32,000 nt of DNA from Candidatus Hadarchaeota archaeon (GTDB lineage Archaea > Hadarchaeota > Hadarchaeia > Hadarchaeales > Hadarchaeaceae), in the NCBI GenBank assembly GCA_964514965.1, contig CAZETV010000001.1:873063-905062 (forward strand), written 5' to 3'. The notes beneath the pieces are model-generated. The model had not been told where the DNA came from, searched no databases, and was given only the letters and a program-made list of their open reading frames with translations. A program made the position numbers and the translations under genes. Shown piece after piece: positions 17,362 to 25,843 of this stretch (its first letter is position 1; the number at the start of each line of letters is the position of its first letter).

Positions 17362-18117
17362 ATGATAGAGGAAAACGAGCAAATCATCCTCATCGACGAG
17401 CGAGGCAGAAAATATCTTGTCAAAGCCGAGCGAAAACATCTCCACACGGATCTGGGGGTTATTGATTTGAGCGAAGCTATCAAACAAGAACCAGGAGCGA
17501 GGTTAAAATCTCATGTTGGCAAAGAATTCATTCTTCTGCGCCCGCGCATCGTTGATTACCTCCAGAAGCTCCGTCGCGTTCCCCAGATAATGCTGCCCAA
17601 AGATGCCGCACAGATCGTCGCGTATACCGGCGTGGGACCGGGAGATTTCGTCGTCGATGCAGGTGCGGGGTCTGGTGCACTGGCGATTTTTCTCGGCAAC
17701 CTTGTTCGACCCAACGGACGTGTGGTGAGCTATGAGGTGCGGGAGGATTTCGCGTGCGTGGCGGAAGAGAACATCAACATGGCAGGGCTCGGCGATATTG
17801 TGACGGTGAAGCTGAAAGATATCTATGAAGGAATTGACGAGCTTGATGTTGACTTGTTGACGCTTGACCTCCCCCAGCCCGAGCGAGTTTTGCCGCACGC
17901 GGAACGAGTCCTTAAACCTGGTGGGCACCTTGTGACATTTGCTCCCTGCGTTGAACATTTACAACGCCTCTATCGGGAGCTACCAAATTACCGCTTCGTA
18001 CACTACAAGACTATCGAGTGTCTTGTTCGGGAATTCGAGGTCAAACCGAGTTGCACCCGCCCCAAGACGCGGATGATTGCACACACAGGCTATTTAACAT
18101 TCGCACGGCGCACGTAA
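17362..18117 (+). CDS. trmI: tRNA (adenine-N1)-methyltransferase TrmI (m1A57/58, GCD14 family)
   Basis: A small N-terminal domain is followed by a class I SAM-MTase motif (VVDAGAGSGALAIFL) and ...LDLPQPERVLPHAERVLKPGGHLVTFAPCVEH... GAGGT lies 7 nt upstream of the ATG. Confidence 0.85.
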   Translation: MIEENEQIILIDERGRKYLVKAERKHLHTDLGVIDLSEAIKQEPGARLKSHVGKEFILLRPRIVDYLQKLRRVPQIMLPKDAAQIVAYTGVGPGDFVVDAGAGSGALAIFLGNLVRPNGRVVSYEVREDFACVAEENINMAGLGDIVTVKLKDIYEGIDELDVDLLTLDLPQPERVLPHAERVLKPGGHLVTFAPCVEHLQRLYRELPNYRFVHYKTIECLVREFEVKPSCTRPKTRMIAHTGYLTFARRT

Positions 18118-18127
18118 CAAACAGTTT

Positions 18128-18526
18128 TTAAGACTTTATTAAGCGTCCTTTGAATCCGTAATAAATGACACCGTCTTGGCTCTCCTCGCCCATCCGCCTG
18201 AAGACTATTTCAACCTCATCGCCCATCTTGATCTCATCTATGTTGCAGTCGGTGATCTGCGCAGTCAAGCGTGGCCCATCTTCGAGTTCGATGATTGCGA
18301 GCACGTAGGGCACTTGATCTTCAAAACCTTCTGCAGCAACGTGTATCACCGTGTAAGAGAGAACCTTGCCTTGGCGTTTGAGCCGGTAAGGTTCGAGCTT
18401 ACCCATCCTCCTGCAGAAGGGGCAGATTGAGCGGGGCGGAAATAAGATTTTGTTGCAATTTCCGCAGCGTGCCCCTATGAGGTTATATCGGTTTGGTATC
18501 TCTCTCCAGAAACGCGGAACGGCCAT
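18128..18526 (-). CDS. DUF35 zinc-ribbon/OB-fold protein (scaffold subunit of the thiolase/HMG-CoA synthase complex)
   Basis: The zinc ribbon is CGNCNKILFPPRSICPFC, followed by an OB-fold region. It is the third gene of the conserved archaeal operon. AGGTGA-N5-ATG supports ATG 18526 as the start rather than 18583. Confidence 0.85.
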   Translation of the reverse strand: MAVPRFWREIPNRYNLIGARCGNCNKILFPPRSICPFCRRMGKLEPYRLKRQGKVLSYTVIHVAAEGFEDQVPYVLAIIELEDGPRLTAQITDCNIDEIKMGDEVEIVFRRMGEESQDGVIYYGFKGRLIKS

Positions 18527-18527
18527 A

Positions 18528-19691
18528 TTAGTCACCTCGCCTAAACACATGCACCACCGCAGTTCCTCCCGAGCCACCGACATTGTGTGCTAACCCAATC
18601 TCCGCTCCATCGACTTGGCGCTTGCCCGCCTCGCTTCTAAGCTGTTGCGTGATTTCCACGGCTTGAGCGATGCCAGTAGCGCCCACGGGGTGCCCCTTAC
18701 CCTTGAGCCCGCCACTCGTGTTTACAGGGATTCGTCCACCTATCGCGGTCTCGCCCTGCTCGGTCACTTTGCCACCTTCACCTTTCTTGCAAAACCCTAG
18801 ATCCTCGATTGCCATGAGTTCGGCTATTGTGAAGCAGTCGTGAACCTCTGCTAGATCGATGTTATTCGGCTTGACACCAGCCATTTTGTACGCTGTTCGT
18901 GCAGCTTCAATGGCAGCTTGTAGACTCGTGAGAGATGTACGGCTGTGGAGCGAGATAGTATCACTCGCTTGGCCGGTACCAACTACCAAGATTGGGGTAT
19001 CTGTGAGTTTTCGCGCCTTCTCCGCGGAGGCGAGGATTACGCAGGCAGCGCCGTCGGTAATCGGGGAGCAATCGAGCAATTTCAGGGGCAGGGTAACGGG
19101 TGGAGACTTCATCACGTCATCGACTGTTACCTCCATCTGATATTGCGCGCAGGTGTTGAAACACGCGTTGTGGTGATTTTTTACAGCCACTGCCGCCATT
19201 TGTTCTTCTGTGGTTCCAAATTCGTACATGTGGCGGCGAGCCATCAGCGCATAGAGACCTGGGAAGGTGGCACCTACGAATACCTCCCATTCTTGGTCAG
19301 CTGCTGTCGCAAGTGCTCCGGTGGCTGCCCCTGTGAGAACATCAGTCATTTTCTCTATGCCAGCCGCGACGACGATATCGTGGAGGCCCGAGCCAACGTC
19401 GATTACCGCTTGGCGGAGTGCAAGTCCGCCTGACGCGCAGGCTCCCTCGACGCGCGTGGATGGGAGGGGTACAAGTCCAGCGTGGTCTGCGACAATTGAG
19501 GAAATATGTTCTTGGCGGATGAACTGACCAGAGGACATGTTTCCCACGTAAATCGCGCCTATCTGTTTTCCGTCGATTCCAGCATCCTCAATCGCACGAG
19601 CACCTGCTTCCATCATCATCTCTCTAAAAGAGACATCCCAGAGTTCGCCGAACTTCGTCAGTCCAACGCCTATTACTGCAACATCGCGCAT
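18528..19691 (-). CDS. Acetyl-CoA acetyltransferase (archaeal thiolase)
   Basis: The thiolase fold is indicated by an active-site Cys context ([10 protein letters not shown]) and a C-terminal ...[17 protein letters not shown]...HNVGGSG... GGTGA-N5-ATG precedes the start, which directly abuts the stop of the upstream gene. Confidence 0.93.
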   Translation of the reverse strand: MRDVAVIGVGLTKFGELWDVSFREMMMEAGARAIEDAGIDGKQIGAIYVGNMSSGQFIRQEHISSIVADHAGLVPLPSTRVEGACASGGLALRQAVIDVGSGLHDIVVAAGIEKMTDVLTGAATGALATAADQEWEVFVGATFPGLYALMARRHMYEFGTTEEQMAAVAVKNHHNACFNTCAQYQMEVTVDDVMKSPPVTLPLKLLDCSPITDGAACVILASAEKARKLTDTPILVVGTGQASDTISLHSRTSLTSLQAAIEAARTAYKMAGVKPNNIDLAEVHDCFTIAELMAIEDLGFCKKGEGGKVTEQGETAIGGRIPVNTSGGLKGKGHPVGATGIAQAVEITQQLRSEAGKRQVDGAEIGLAHNVGGSGGTAVVHVFRRGD

Positions 19692-20738
19692 CTACTTCAC
19701 CAGCAGTCTCCTGAATTTTGCGTAGGTGGCGTAGTCGATGTAAACCTTCCGATTCGAATAGTCGAGCACCTTGGGGGACGCATCACGTTTATCCTCAATA
19801 CCGTCGCTCACGAGGATGCTGAAGGCATCGCTTCCTGCACCCGATCCATACGAAACAGCGAGTATCCGCTCCTTGGGCTTGGCTTGGTCGAGGACAGCGG
19901 CTAGGCCTATCATGGTTGATCCCGAGTAGGTGTTGCCTATTATAGGTGTCAGCAAGCCCGGTTTTACTTGCTCCCTCGAGAATCCCAAATCCGTGGCAGC
20001 ATGCAAGGGGAATTTTCCATTTGGCTGGTGGAAAACTGCGTAGGCGAAATCTTTGGGAGTGAGCTGAAGTTGTCGGAGCAGACCGTTAGCCGCGGAGAGC
20101 ACGTGTTTATAGTAAGCGGGCTTTCCAGTGAACCGCCCTCCGTGTTTGGGGTAAGGTCGCATATCCCGACGCCAGAAGTCGGGCGTATCAGTGGTGTAGG
20201 AGTAGGTACCTTCGATCTTTGCTATGGTCTTGCTTCCGTTCTTGCCCACAATGAAGGCGCCCCCTCCAGCTGCAGCGGTGTACTCGAGGCTATCTCCAGG
20301 GGCCCCTTGAGCTGTATCAGACCCGATTGCCATACCATATTTTATCATGCCAGCTTCAACTGCCCCCATACAGGTCTGAATCCCGGCTGTGCCCGCTTTG
20401 CACGCGAATTCGTAGTCGGCGGCTGTGAGGTCTGGGGTTGCTTCTATAGCTTCTGCTACAATCGTGGCCGTTGGTTTAACTGCGTAAGGATGGGACTCTG
20501 AGCCGATGTAGATTGCGCCTATATCTTGAGGGTCAATGTCCGCCTGCTTCACGGCGTTGCGCGCGGCTTCGACTGCTATGGTGGCGGTATCTTCATCAGG
20601 TCCAGGGACGGATTTTTCCCCGACCAAAAGCCCATGCTTAACGCGCTCGGGATTTTCCCCCCAGACTTTTGCTATCTCTTCTACCCGTATACGGTACCTA
20701 GGAATGTAAACGCCGTAACCGACTATGCCAACGTCCAT
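19692..20738 (-). CDS. Hydroxymethylglutaryl-CoA synthase (archaeal)
   Basis: [17 protein letters not shown]..., ...[11 protein letters not shown]... (catalytic Cys) and ...HQPNGKFP... are present. GGTGA-N5-ATG supports ATG 20738; the GTG at 20747 lies within the SD. Confidence 0.93.
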   Translation of the reverse strand: MDVGIVGYGVYIPRYRIRVEEIAKVWGENPERVKHGLLVGEKSVPGPDEDTATIAVEAARNAVKQADIDPQDIGAIYIGSESHPYAVKPTATIVAEAIEATPDLTAADYEFACKAGTAGIQTCMGAVEAGMIKYGMAIGSDTAQGAPGDSLEYTAAAGGGAFIVGKNGSKTIAKIEGTYSYTTDTPDFWRRDMRPYPKHGGRFTGKPAYYKHVLSAANGLLRQLQLTPKDFAYAVFHQPNGKFPLHAATDLGFSREQVKPGLLTPIIGNTYSGSTMIGLAAVLDQAKPKERILAVSYGSGAGSDAFSILVSDGIEDKRDASPKVLDYSNRKVYIDYATYAKFRRLLVK

Positions 20739-20843
20739 TAGCGTCACCTTTTATTGAATGTTAATTTTTGTGTCAATGCTCAAGCGAAAGCAATAAAAAC
20801 CTTTCGATTGTCGGAAAAAACATCGGCAATTGTCGTGAGAAGG

Positions 20844-21557
20844 TCAGCGAACGCACTTTCGAAGCCCCTCGATTAGTTCCCTGACTGACGGAAGTTTAGA
20901 AATTACGAGTGGAACTCGTAGAACCTCGGCTATTTTTACCCCAAGCACATCGGCACGCTTGAGTTCGCCGTGTAAAATTACCATCCCAGGGGTTATCCCG
21001 ATCACCTTCACAGCTACCATGGGCGAGCGTCCCGTCGTTACACCAGTAAAGACAAGCGCCCGCTCAGTAGTTAATCCGTAGAGTCGCCTGAAATCGTCGG
21101 CGGAGAGACCCAGTACAGCTTTGTGGCTATCGATGATGGTATACCCAAAGAGCTTCTGGTCGAGCAGCTCCTTGTTCGCAACGACATTGCCGTCGACCAC
21201 CTTACAGACGGTCTTCCCATCAGTTGGTTCGCCAAACTCTCGGATTTCAAGCACGACATCTGGCGGCAACTGAGTGCCGAACACATGAGAAAATATCCTA
21301 GACACTTCTCCCCCATGTTGTTCATCAAGCTTAAGGAAGGCGTCGACCACACGCTTGATAGTCGCTGCCCCAGGCGATTTCCTCCGCCCGGCCTCGTAGT
21401 CGCTGATTACTGAGGAGGAAACGTTCATCATTTTGGCGAGCGAGGTCTGGTTAATCCCAAATCGCTCTCGCCAGCGCTTAAAAGCTCCTCCTGGGTCGTC
21501 GGAGAGGGTTATGTCGCCAGCTATCCATCGCGCGATCCTTTCTCTTACTTCAGCCAT
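20844..21557 (-). CDS. Archaeal XRE-type HTH transcriptional regulator with uncharacterised C-terminal domain (COG1395-like)
   Basis: The HTH is INQTSLAKMMNVSSSVISDYEAGRR. A C-terminal domain of about 150 aa has no motif I can name. Confidence 0.75.
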   Translation of the reverse strand: MAEVRERIARWIAGDITLSDDPGGAFKRWRERFGINQTSLAKMMNVSSSVISDYEAGRRKSPGAATIKRVVDAFLKLDEQHGGEVSRIFSHVFGTQLPPDVVLEIREFGEPTDGKTVCKVVDGNVVANKELLDQKLFGYTIIDSHKAVLGLSADDFRRLYGLTTERALVFTGVTTGRSPMVAVKVIGITPGMVILHGELKRADVLGVKIAEVLRVPLVISKLPSVRELIEGLRKCVR

Positions 21558-21608
21558 AATGTACCAATATCTAATCTCGGGATCGGAGGATAAGAATATT
21601 GGGAATGC

Positions 21609-22190
21609 TCAGTTTTTTTTCTGCGGTTTTCCAGCTAGTTTAAATAAGTCTGCTTTGGTAACAATGCCGATTACTTTTCCGTGTTCAACGACGACAACCG
21701 CCGGTTCATGTTCGAGTAGGGGGTAAACGACATCAATATCGGTGTCCTTGCTCACGGTTGGAAACGAATTTTCCATTATCTCGCTGACGTTGCGTTTAAG
21801 CAGTCTGTTCATGTTTTCGCCCGAGGCAATATTGCGCACAACTGTAGCTTCAGATATCGAGCCCACCTGCACTTCTTCATTAAGCACTGGAAGTTGCGAA
21901 ATGTCGTATGATTTCATGAGGTGGATTGCTTTGTCTACGGCGTCATGAGACTTTAAAGCTACAATTGGCGAAGTCATTATTTGTCCAACTGTTGCACGCT
22001 TCTCCATAGCAGTTGCCCGCTCAAGCGCTTTGGATATTTTTTCAAGGGTGGAAACCCGGGGGTCTGCGGCTTTTGCCTCGATTTTAGCGATATAAGCTTG
22101 GGTTACGCCTGCGAGTTCTGCTAGTTGCGCTTGGGTTAGTCCGAGCCTCGTGCGCATTACTTTGATTTCGGAAAGTCGTAGTATTCGCAT
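21609..22190 (-). CDS. HTH (XRE-type) transcriptional regulator with C-terminal CBS-domain pair
   Basis: The HTH is LGLTQAQLAELAGVTQAYIAKIE. Two CBS-like repeats follow (IMTSPIVALKSHDAVDKAIHLMKSYDISQLPVL... and IMENSFPTVSKDTDIDVVYPLLEH.PAVVVVEHGKVIGIVTKADL). An alternative start is ATG 22157. Confidence 0.85.
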   Translation of the reverse strand: MRILRLSEIKVMRTRLGLTQAQLAELAGVTQAYIAKIEAKAADPRVSTLEKISKALERATAMEKRATVGQIMTSPIVALKSHDAVDKAIHLMKSYDISQLPVLNEEVQVGSISEATVVRNIASGENMNRLLKRNVSEIMENSFPTVSKDTDIDVVYPLLEHEPAVVVVEHGKVIGIVTKADLFKLAGKPQKKN

Positions 22191-22271
22191 AAAAATCTTC
22201 TATTCCTAGCAGTTATATTTTTGGCAAAACCTATAAATAGATAGCGGATTGAAAATCCGAGAGGCGTGAAC
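22191..22271. promoter_or_regulatory. Bidirectional promoter between the HTH-CBS regulator and SAM synthetase, with a small palindrome
   Basis: TATAAATA (22232-22239) faces the + gene. The A/T box ttatattttt (22213-22222) lies 23-32 nt from the minus-strand ATG at 22190. The inverted repeat CGGATT-gaa-AATCCG (22245-22259) sits between the TATA box and the SD GAGAGG. Confidence 0.5.
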
Positions 22272-23483
22272 TTGGCGCGTAATATAATAGTCGAGGAGTT
22301 TAAGCAAATTCCCCTCGAGAAACAAAAGCTGGAAATCGTTGAGCGAAAGGGGCTTGGCCATCCTGACTCTATGTGTGATGCGATTTTGGATCGAGTTTCA
22401 GTAGAGTTAAGCAAAGAGTATTTGAAAAAATTTGGCATGATTATGCACCACAATGCGGATAAATCTTTGCTCGTCGCTGGGGAGGTTGAGACAAGATTTG
22501 GTGGTGGCGAAGTGAAGCAACCAATGCTTTTGATTTTCGGCGACCGAGCGACTGAAGAGGTTGAGGGAACCAAAATTCCGGTGAAGGATATCGCGATTAG
22601 TGCTGCGAAGAGCTGGATAAAAGAAAATTTGAGGTTTGTCGATCCGGAAAAGCACATGCGCTATCAAGTCGAGTTTAAACCTGGGTCTGCGGCGCTCACG
22701 GACATCTTCAAGCGCAAGGGTAAAGTGCTTAGCGCTAATGACACCTCGGCTGCAGTCGGCTATGCACCGATGACTTGGACAGAGCAGCTTGTGTTAAAGA
22801 CAGAACGCTACTTGAATTCTCCGGAGTTAAAAAAGGAATTTCCTGAAGCTGGTGAGGATGTCAAGGTGATGGGCTTTCGTAAGAACGACGAGCTCTATCT
22901 AACTGTTGGGATGGCTTTCGTTGACCGGTTCGTAGAGAACGAGGACGATTACTTCAGAAAGAGGGAAGAAATCCTCAAGCAACTATACGAATTCGTGAAA
23001 GGGAATTCCGTCCTCAAAAAGATCAAGCTCAAACTTAACACTCTCGATGTGCGCGGGCGGGGTGTTGGAGGAACGTATCTCACTGTGCTCGGAACGAGCG
23101 CTGATGGGGCGGACTCTGGTCAAGTCGGAAGAGGCAATCGTCCAAATGGAGTGATTCCGCTAAATCGTCATGTTGGTTCGGAGGCGGCAGCGGGCAAGAA
23201 TCCAGTTAGTCACGTGGGCAAAATTTACAATTTGCTTACGCATCAAATCGCGAATGAAATTTACAGTCAAGTTTCAGGATTGGATGAGGTCTATGTTTGG
23301 ATAGTTAGCCAAATAGGGAAATCTATTGATGAGCCAGCAATCGCAGTCGCTCGAGTCGTCACTAAGCCTGGCACAACAATCGAGAGTGTCAGGAGGCAGA
23401 TAGCGGAAGTAGTGGACGAAGAGCTTGGGCATATAGACAAAATCTGCATTAAGCTCGCCGAAGGAAAAATTCCAATTTGTTGA
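22272..23483 (+). CDS. mat: Archaeal-type S-adenosylmethionine synthetase
   Basis: (M)ARNIIVEE....EIVERKGLGHPDSMCDAI... is the hallmark N-terminus of archaeal MAT, and the protein is about 400 aa. TTG 22272 lies 7 nt after GAGAGG. The ORF-track GTG at 22266 is only 1 nt from that SD. Confidence 0.95.
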   Translation: MARNIIVEEFKQIPLEKQKLEIVERKGLGHPDSMCDAILDRVSVELSKEYLKKFGMIMHHNADKSLLVAGEVETRFGGGEVKQPMLLIFGDRATEEVEGTKIPVKDIAISAAKSWIKENLRFVDPEKHMRYQVEFKPGSAALTDIFKRKGKVLSANDTSAAVGYAPMTWTEQLVLKTERYLNSPELKKEFPEAGEDVKVMGFRKNDELYLTVGMAFVDRFVENEDDYFRKREEILKQLYEFVKGNSVLKKIKLKLNTLDVRGRGVGGTYLTVLGTSADGADSGQVGRGNRPNGVIPLNRHVGSEAAAGKNPVSHVGKIYNLLTHQIANEIYSQVSGLDEVYVWIVSQIGKSIDEPAIAVARVVTKPGTTIESVRRQIAEVVDEELGHIDKICIKLAEGKIPIC

Positions 23484-23570
23484 ATTTCGTATTTCAAGCG
23501 GAAAACCTTTGTAAGGATTATTCAAAGTTTTAGTGGTGATGTTATTTTTCGGATCTTACACCGCGATGGC

Positions 23571-25043
23571 ATGGGTCGAGTGAGCAGGCTTAGCACCCCA
23601 CACGGTGATGTGACAACCCCCACTCTTATGCCTGTTATCAATCCATCGGATGTAATTTTATCGCCCAACCAGATGCGTCGTGAGTTCGGCTCTGAGTTAG
23701 TGATAACAAACGCTTACCTAACCCGTCGCTGCTTCGGAGAAAATGCGACCAAAAAAGGGATTCACGGCGTTCTTGATTACGATGGCCCAATCGCAACCGA
23801 TTCTGGAGGTTATCAGATTTTACGCTACGGTGACGTGGATGTCAGTCCTGAGGAAATTGTGCGCTACCAAGAAGCAATCGCTCCTGATATCGCGACTATC
23901 CTCGATATCCCGACTGGTGTTCGAGCGACTAAGACGCATGCAGCAGAAACGGTGCGGATAACACTTGAGCGAGCCAAACAGGCGGTCGAACTCAGGTCCA
24001 ACCCTAAAGTGATGTGGTGTGGACCGGTGCAGGGGGGTCTCTTCAGCGATTTGGTCGCCCAGAGTGCACGCGAGATTGGGAAGCTCGACTTTCAGCTGCA
24101 CGCGATAGGGAGCCCCGTCGAGTTGCTAGAGGGATATCGTTATGCGGAGCTTGTCGATCTCGTCATGACTGCGAAGCAGCACCTGCCACTCGATCGCCCC
24201 ACGCATCTTTTCGGTGCAGGACATCCTATGATGTTTGCGCTCGCCGTGGCGATGGGCTGTGACTTCTTCGACTCCGCTGCGTACGTGCTCTACGCGCGTG
24301 ATGGCCGTTACATGACATCGGATGGAACATTTTGTCTCGATGAGCTATCTTATCTGCCATGTGAGTGCCCTGTTTGTGTGGCGCATTTGCCAAATGAGTT
24401 CAGACATGTCTCGCAGGACGAGCGAATCAAACTCTTGGCTAGGCACAATCTTCATGTCGCTTTCGGTGAGCTGCGACGCATCCGTCAGGCGATTGTTGAG
24501 GGAAGTTTATGGGCATATCTCGAGATGCGGTGTCGCGCCCATCCGCGACTGCTTGATGGGTTTCGAAGATTAGTGAAATATCGAGATTTCATCGAGCGGT
24601 TTGACCCAGTGACCAAGCCATCAGCATTCTGCTATCTTGGTGAAGGATCTGCGAATCGTCCGGAGGTCGTGCGCCATAGAAGGAGGCTTGAGGAGCGTTA
24701 TAGTCCACCTCCGTTGTCCACCCTAGCACTTCTACCGGCCTTTGAAGGCGAGCGCCCCAAGCTGGAGAAATTTGAGCAAACCCACCTCGTAAGACTAGTG
24801 CCTCCTTTCGGCATCGTCCCTGAGGAACTCGAAGAGGTTTACCCGCTCGGGCAATTTCAGATACCTCGAGAACTTGACGCGGTACAGATTAAATCAGTGA
24901 CCGAGGCCCTTTCTCGCTTTTTCGAGCGGTACGGTGAACACTACGAACGAGTCTTGCTGTTCAACGACGAACGACGATGGGGCAACGCACTCGTTGATGC
25001 ATGCGAAAAAGTTGAGGAAAAACTAAAAACAATTCAGCTCTGA
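23571..25043 (+). CDS. tgtA: Archaeosine tRNA-guanine transglycosylase (ArcTGT), 5' end apparently frameshifted, no PUA domain
   Basis: GRVSRLSTPHGDVTTPTLMPVINP...ITNAY...LDYDGPIATDSGGYQ... is present, together with the Zn site CECPVC...H. Homology continues upstream of ATG 23571 in the same frame without any canonical start (see findings). Confidence 0.9.
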   Translation: MGRVSRLSTPHGDVTTPTLMPVINPSDVILSPNQMRREFGSELVITNAYLTRRCFGENATKKGIHGVLDYDGPIATDSGGYQILRYGDVDVSPEEIVRYQEAIAPDIATILDIPTGVRATKTHAAETVRITLERAKQAVELRSNPKVMWCGPVQGGLFSDLVAQSAREIGKLDFQLHAIGSPVELLEGYRYAELVDLVMTAKQHLPLDRPTHLFGAGHPMMFALAVAMGCDFFDSAAYVLYARDGRYMTSDGTFCLDELSYLPCECPVCVAHLPNEFRHVSQDERIKLLARHNLHVAFGELRRIRQAIVEGSLWAYLEMRCRAHPRLLDGFRRLVKYRDFIERFDPVTKPSAFCYLGEGSANRPEVVRHRRRLEERYSPPPLSTLALLPAFEGERPKLEKFEQTHLVRLVPPFGIVPEELEEVYPLGQFQIPRELDAVQIKSVTEALSRFFERYGEHYERVLLFNDERRWGNALVDACEKVEEKLKTIQL

Positions 25044-25116
25044 TGTGCAAAATTGAGCCCACAAAAAATAAATAATCTAAGCGCCTAACAAATTCGGGCT
25101 GGATTGGTGATAAAAC

Positions 25117-25557
25117 TTGGACAGTGTTGACATAAAACTTTTGAAAATGTTAAACAACGACGCACACGTTCCGTTGCGCAGAATGGGGCGCGAGGTTGGC
25201 CTCAGCACTTCAGGAGTGAGGCGGCGAATTAAGCAACTCGAGCGCTCTGGTCTGATTAAACAATACTCAGCGCTTATAGACCCTAGAAAATTCGGCTATG
25301 GGGTGATGGCTTTCGTCAGTGTTGATGTCGATAACAGGAGCATGGACGAGCTCGTTCGTTCTTTGTCGCGCTGCCATCAAGTATGTGAGATTCATCACAC
25401 GACAGGAGGTCATGGGTTAATGATGAAGATACGTGCCCGTGATTTAGAAAGCCTGAAGAAGTTCGTTGATGACCGCATCCAATCATTCGACTCGGTAAAG
25501 AGCGTCCAGACCATCGTGGCTATGGGGACCGTCAAGGAAACCATCTTGAATCTCTAG
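25117..25557 (+). CDS. Lrp/AsnC-family transcriptional regulator
   Basis: (M)DSVDIKLLKMLNNDAHVPLRRMGREVGLSTSGVRRRIKQLERSGLIKQY is the HTH, followed by a RAM/ACT-like C-terminal domain. GGTGA-N6-TTG supports the start. Confidence 0.9.
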   Translation: MDSVDIKLLKMLNNDAHVPLRRMGREVGLSTSGVRRRIKQLERSGLIKQYSALIDPRKFGYGVMAFVSVDVDNRSMDELVRSLSRCHQVCEIHHTTGGHGLMMKIRARDLESLKKFVDDRIQSFDSVKSVQTIVAMGTVKETILNL

Positions 25558-25565
25558 GTGCTAAG

Positions 25566-25796
25566 ATGCAGGAAGCCGAGGCAAAACTCATTCGAGATTC
25601 GTTCTCATCTGTTAGGCCTTATCTTGCGTACCCTCAGGAACTCCGAAGCTTGATCGAGCAGAATATTGATGAGAGCGCAAGCGTCGAGAAATTCATCGAG
25701 GAGCTCAAACAAAATATTTCTGAGAAATTAGATACTACGCGAAAAACAGATAAACAGATTTTCCTGAATGAGTTGCGCCGCCATCTTTCCAAATAA
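25566..25796 (+). CDS. Small acidic helical protein, unknown function
   Basis: The ORF is 76 aa. AGGTG lies 5 nt upstream of the ATG, and the gene begins 8 nt after the Lrp stop. I recognise no motif. Confidence 0.5.
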   Translation: MQEAEAKLIRDSFSSVRPYLAYPQELRSLIEQNIDESASVEKFIEELKQNISEKLDTTRKTDKQIFLNELRRHLSK

Positions 25797-25843
25797 AATC
25801 TAAATTAGTTTAAATCTGGGGGATAATATAGAAATTAGGAACT

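Noticed and set aside
18128-20738. The HMG-CoA synthase / thiolase / DUF35 three-gene operon, considered as a candidate novel system
   Set aside because: This is the already described archaeal thiolase/HMGCS/DUF35 channeling complex for entry into the mevalonate pathway. Only the start codons needed refinement.
21613-21620. A T8 run that looks like a strong archaeal terminator
   Set aside because: It lies on the plus strand inside the 3' coding end of the minus-strand HTH-CBS gene, where it encodes ...KKN. No plus-strand gene ends nearby.
22157-22657. A 166-aa minus-strand ORF spanning the HTH-CBS/mat promoter and the 5' part of mat
   Set aside because: It is antisense to the highly conserved MAT N-terminus and runs through the bidirectional promoter, so it is a shadow ORF.
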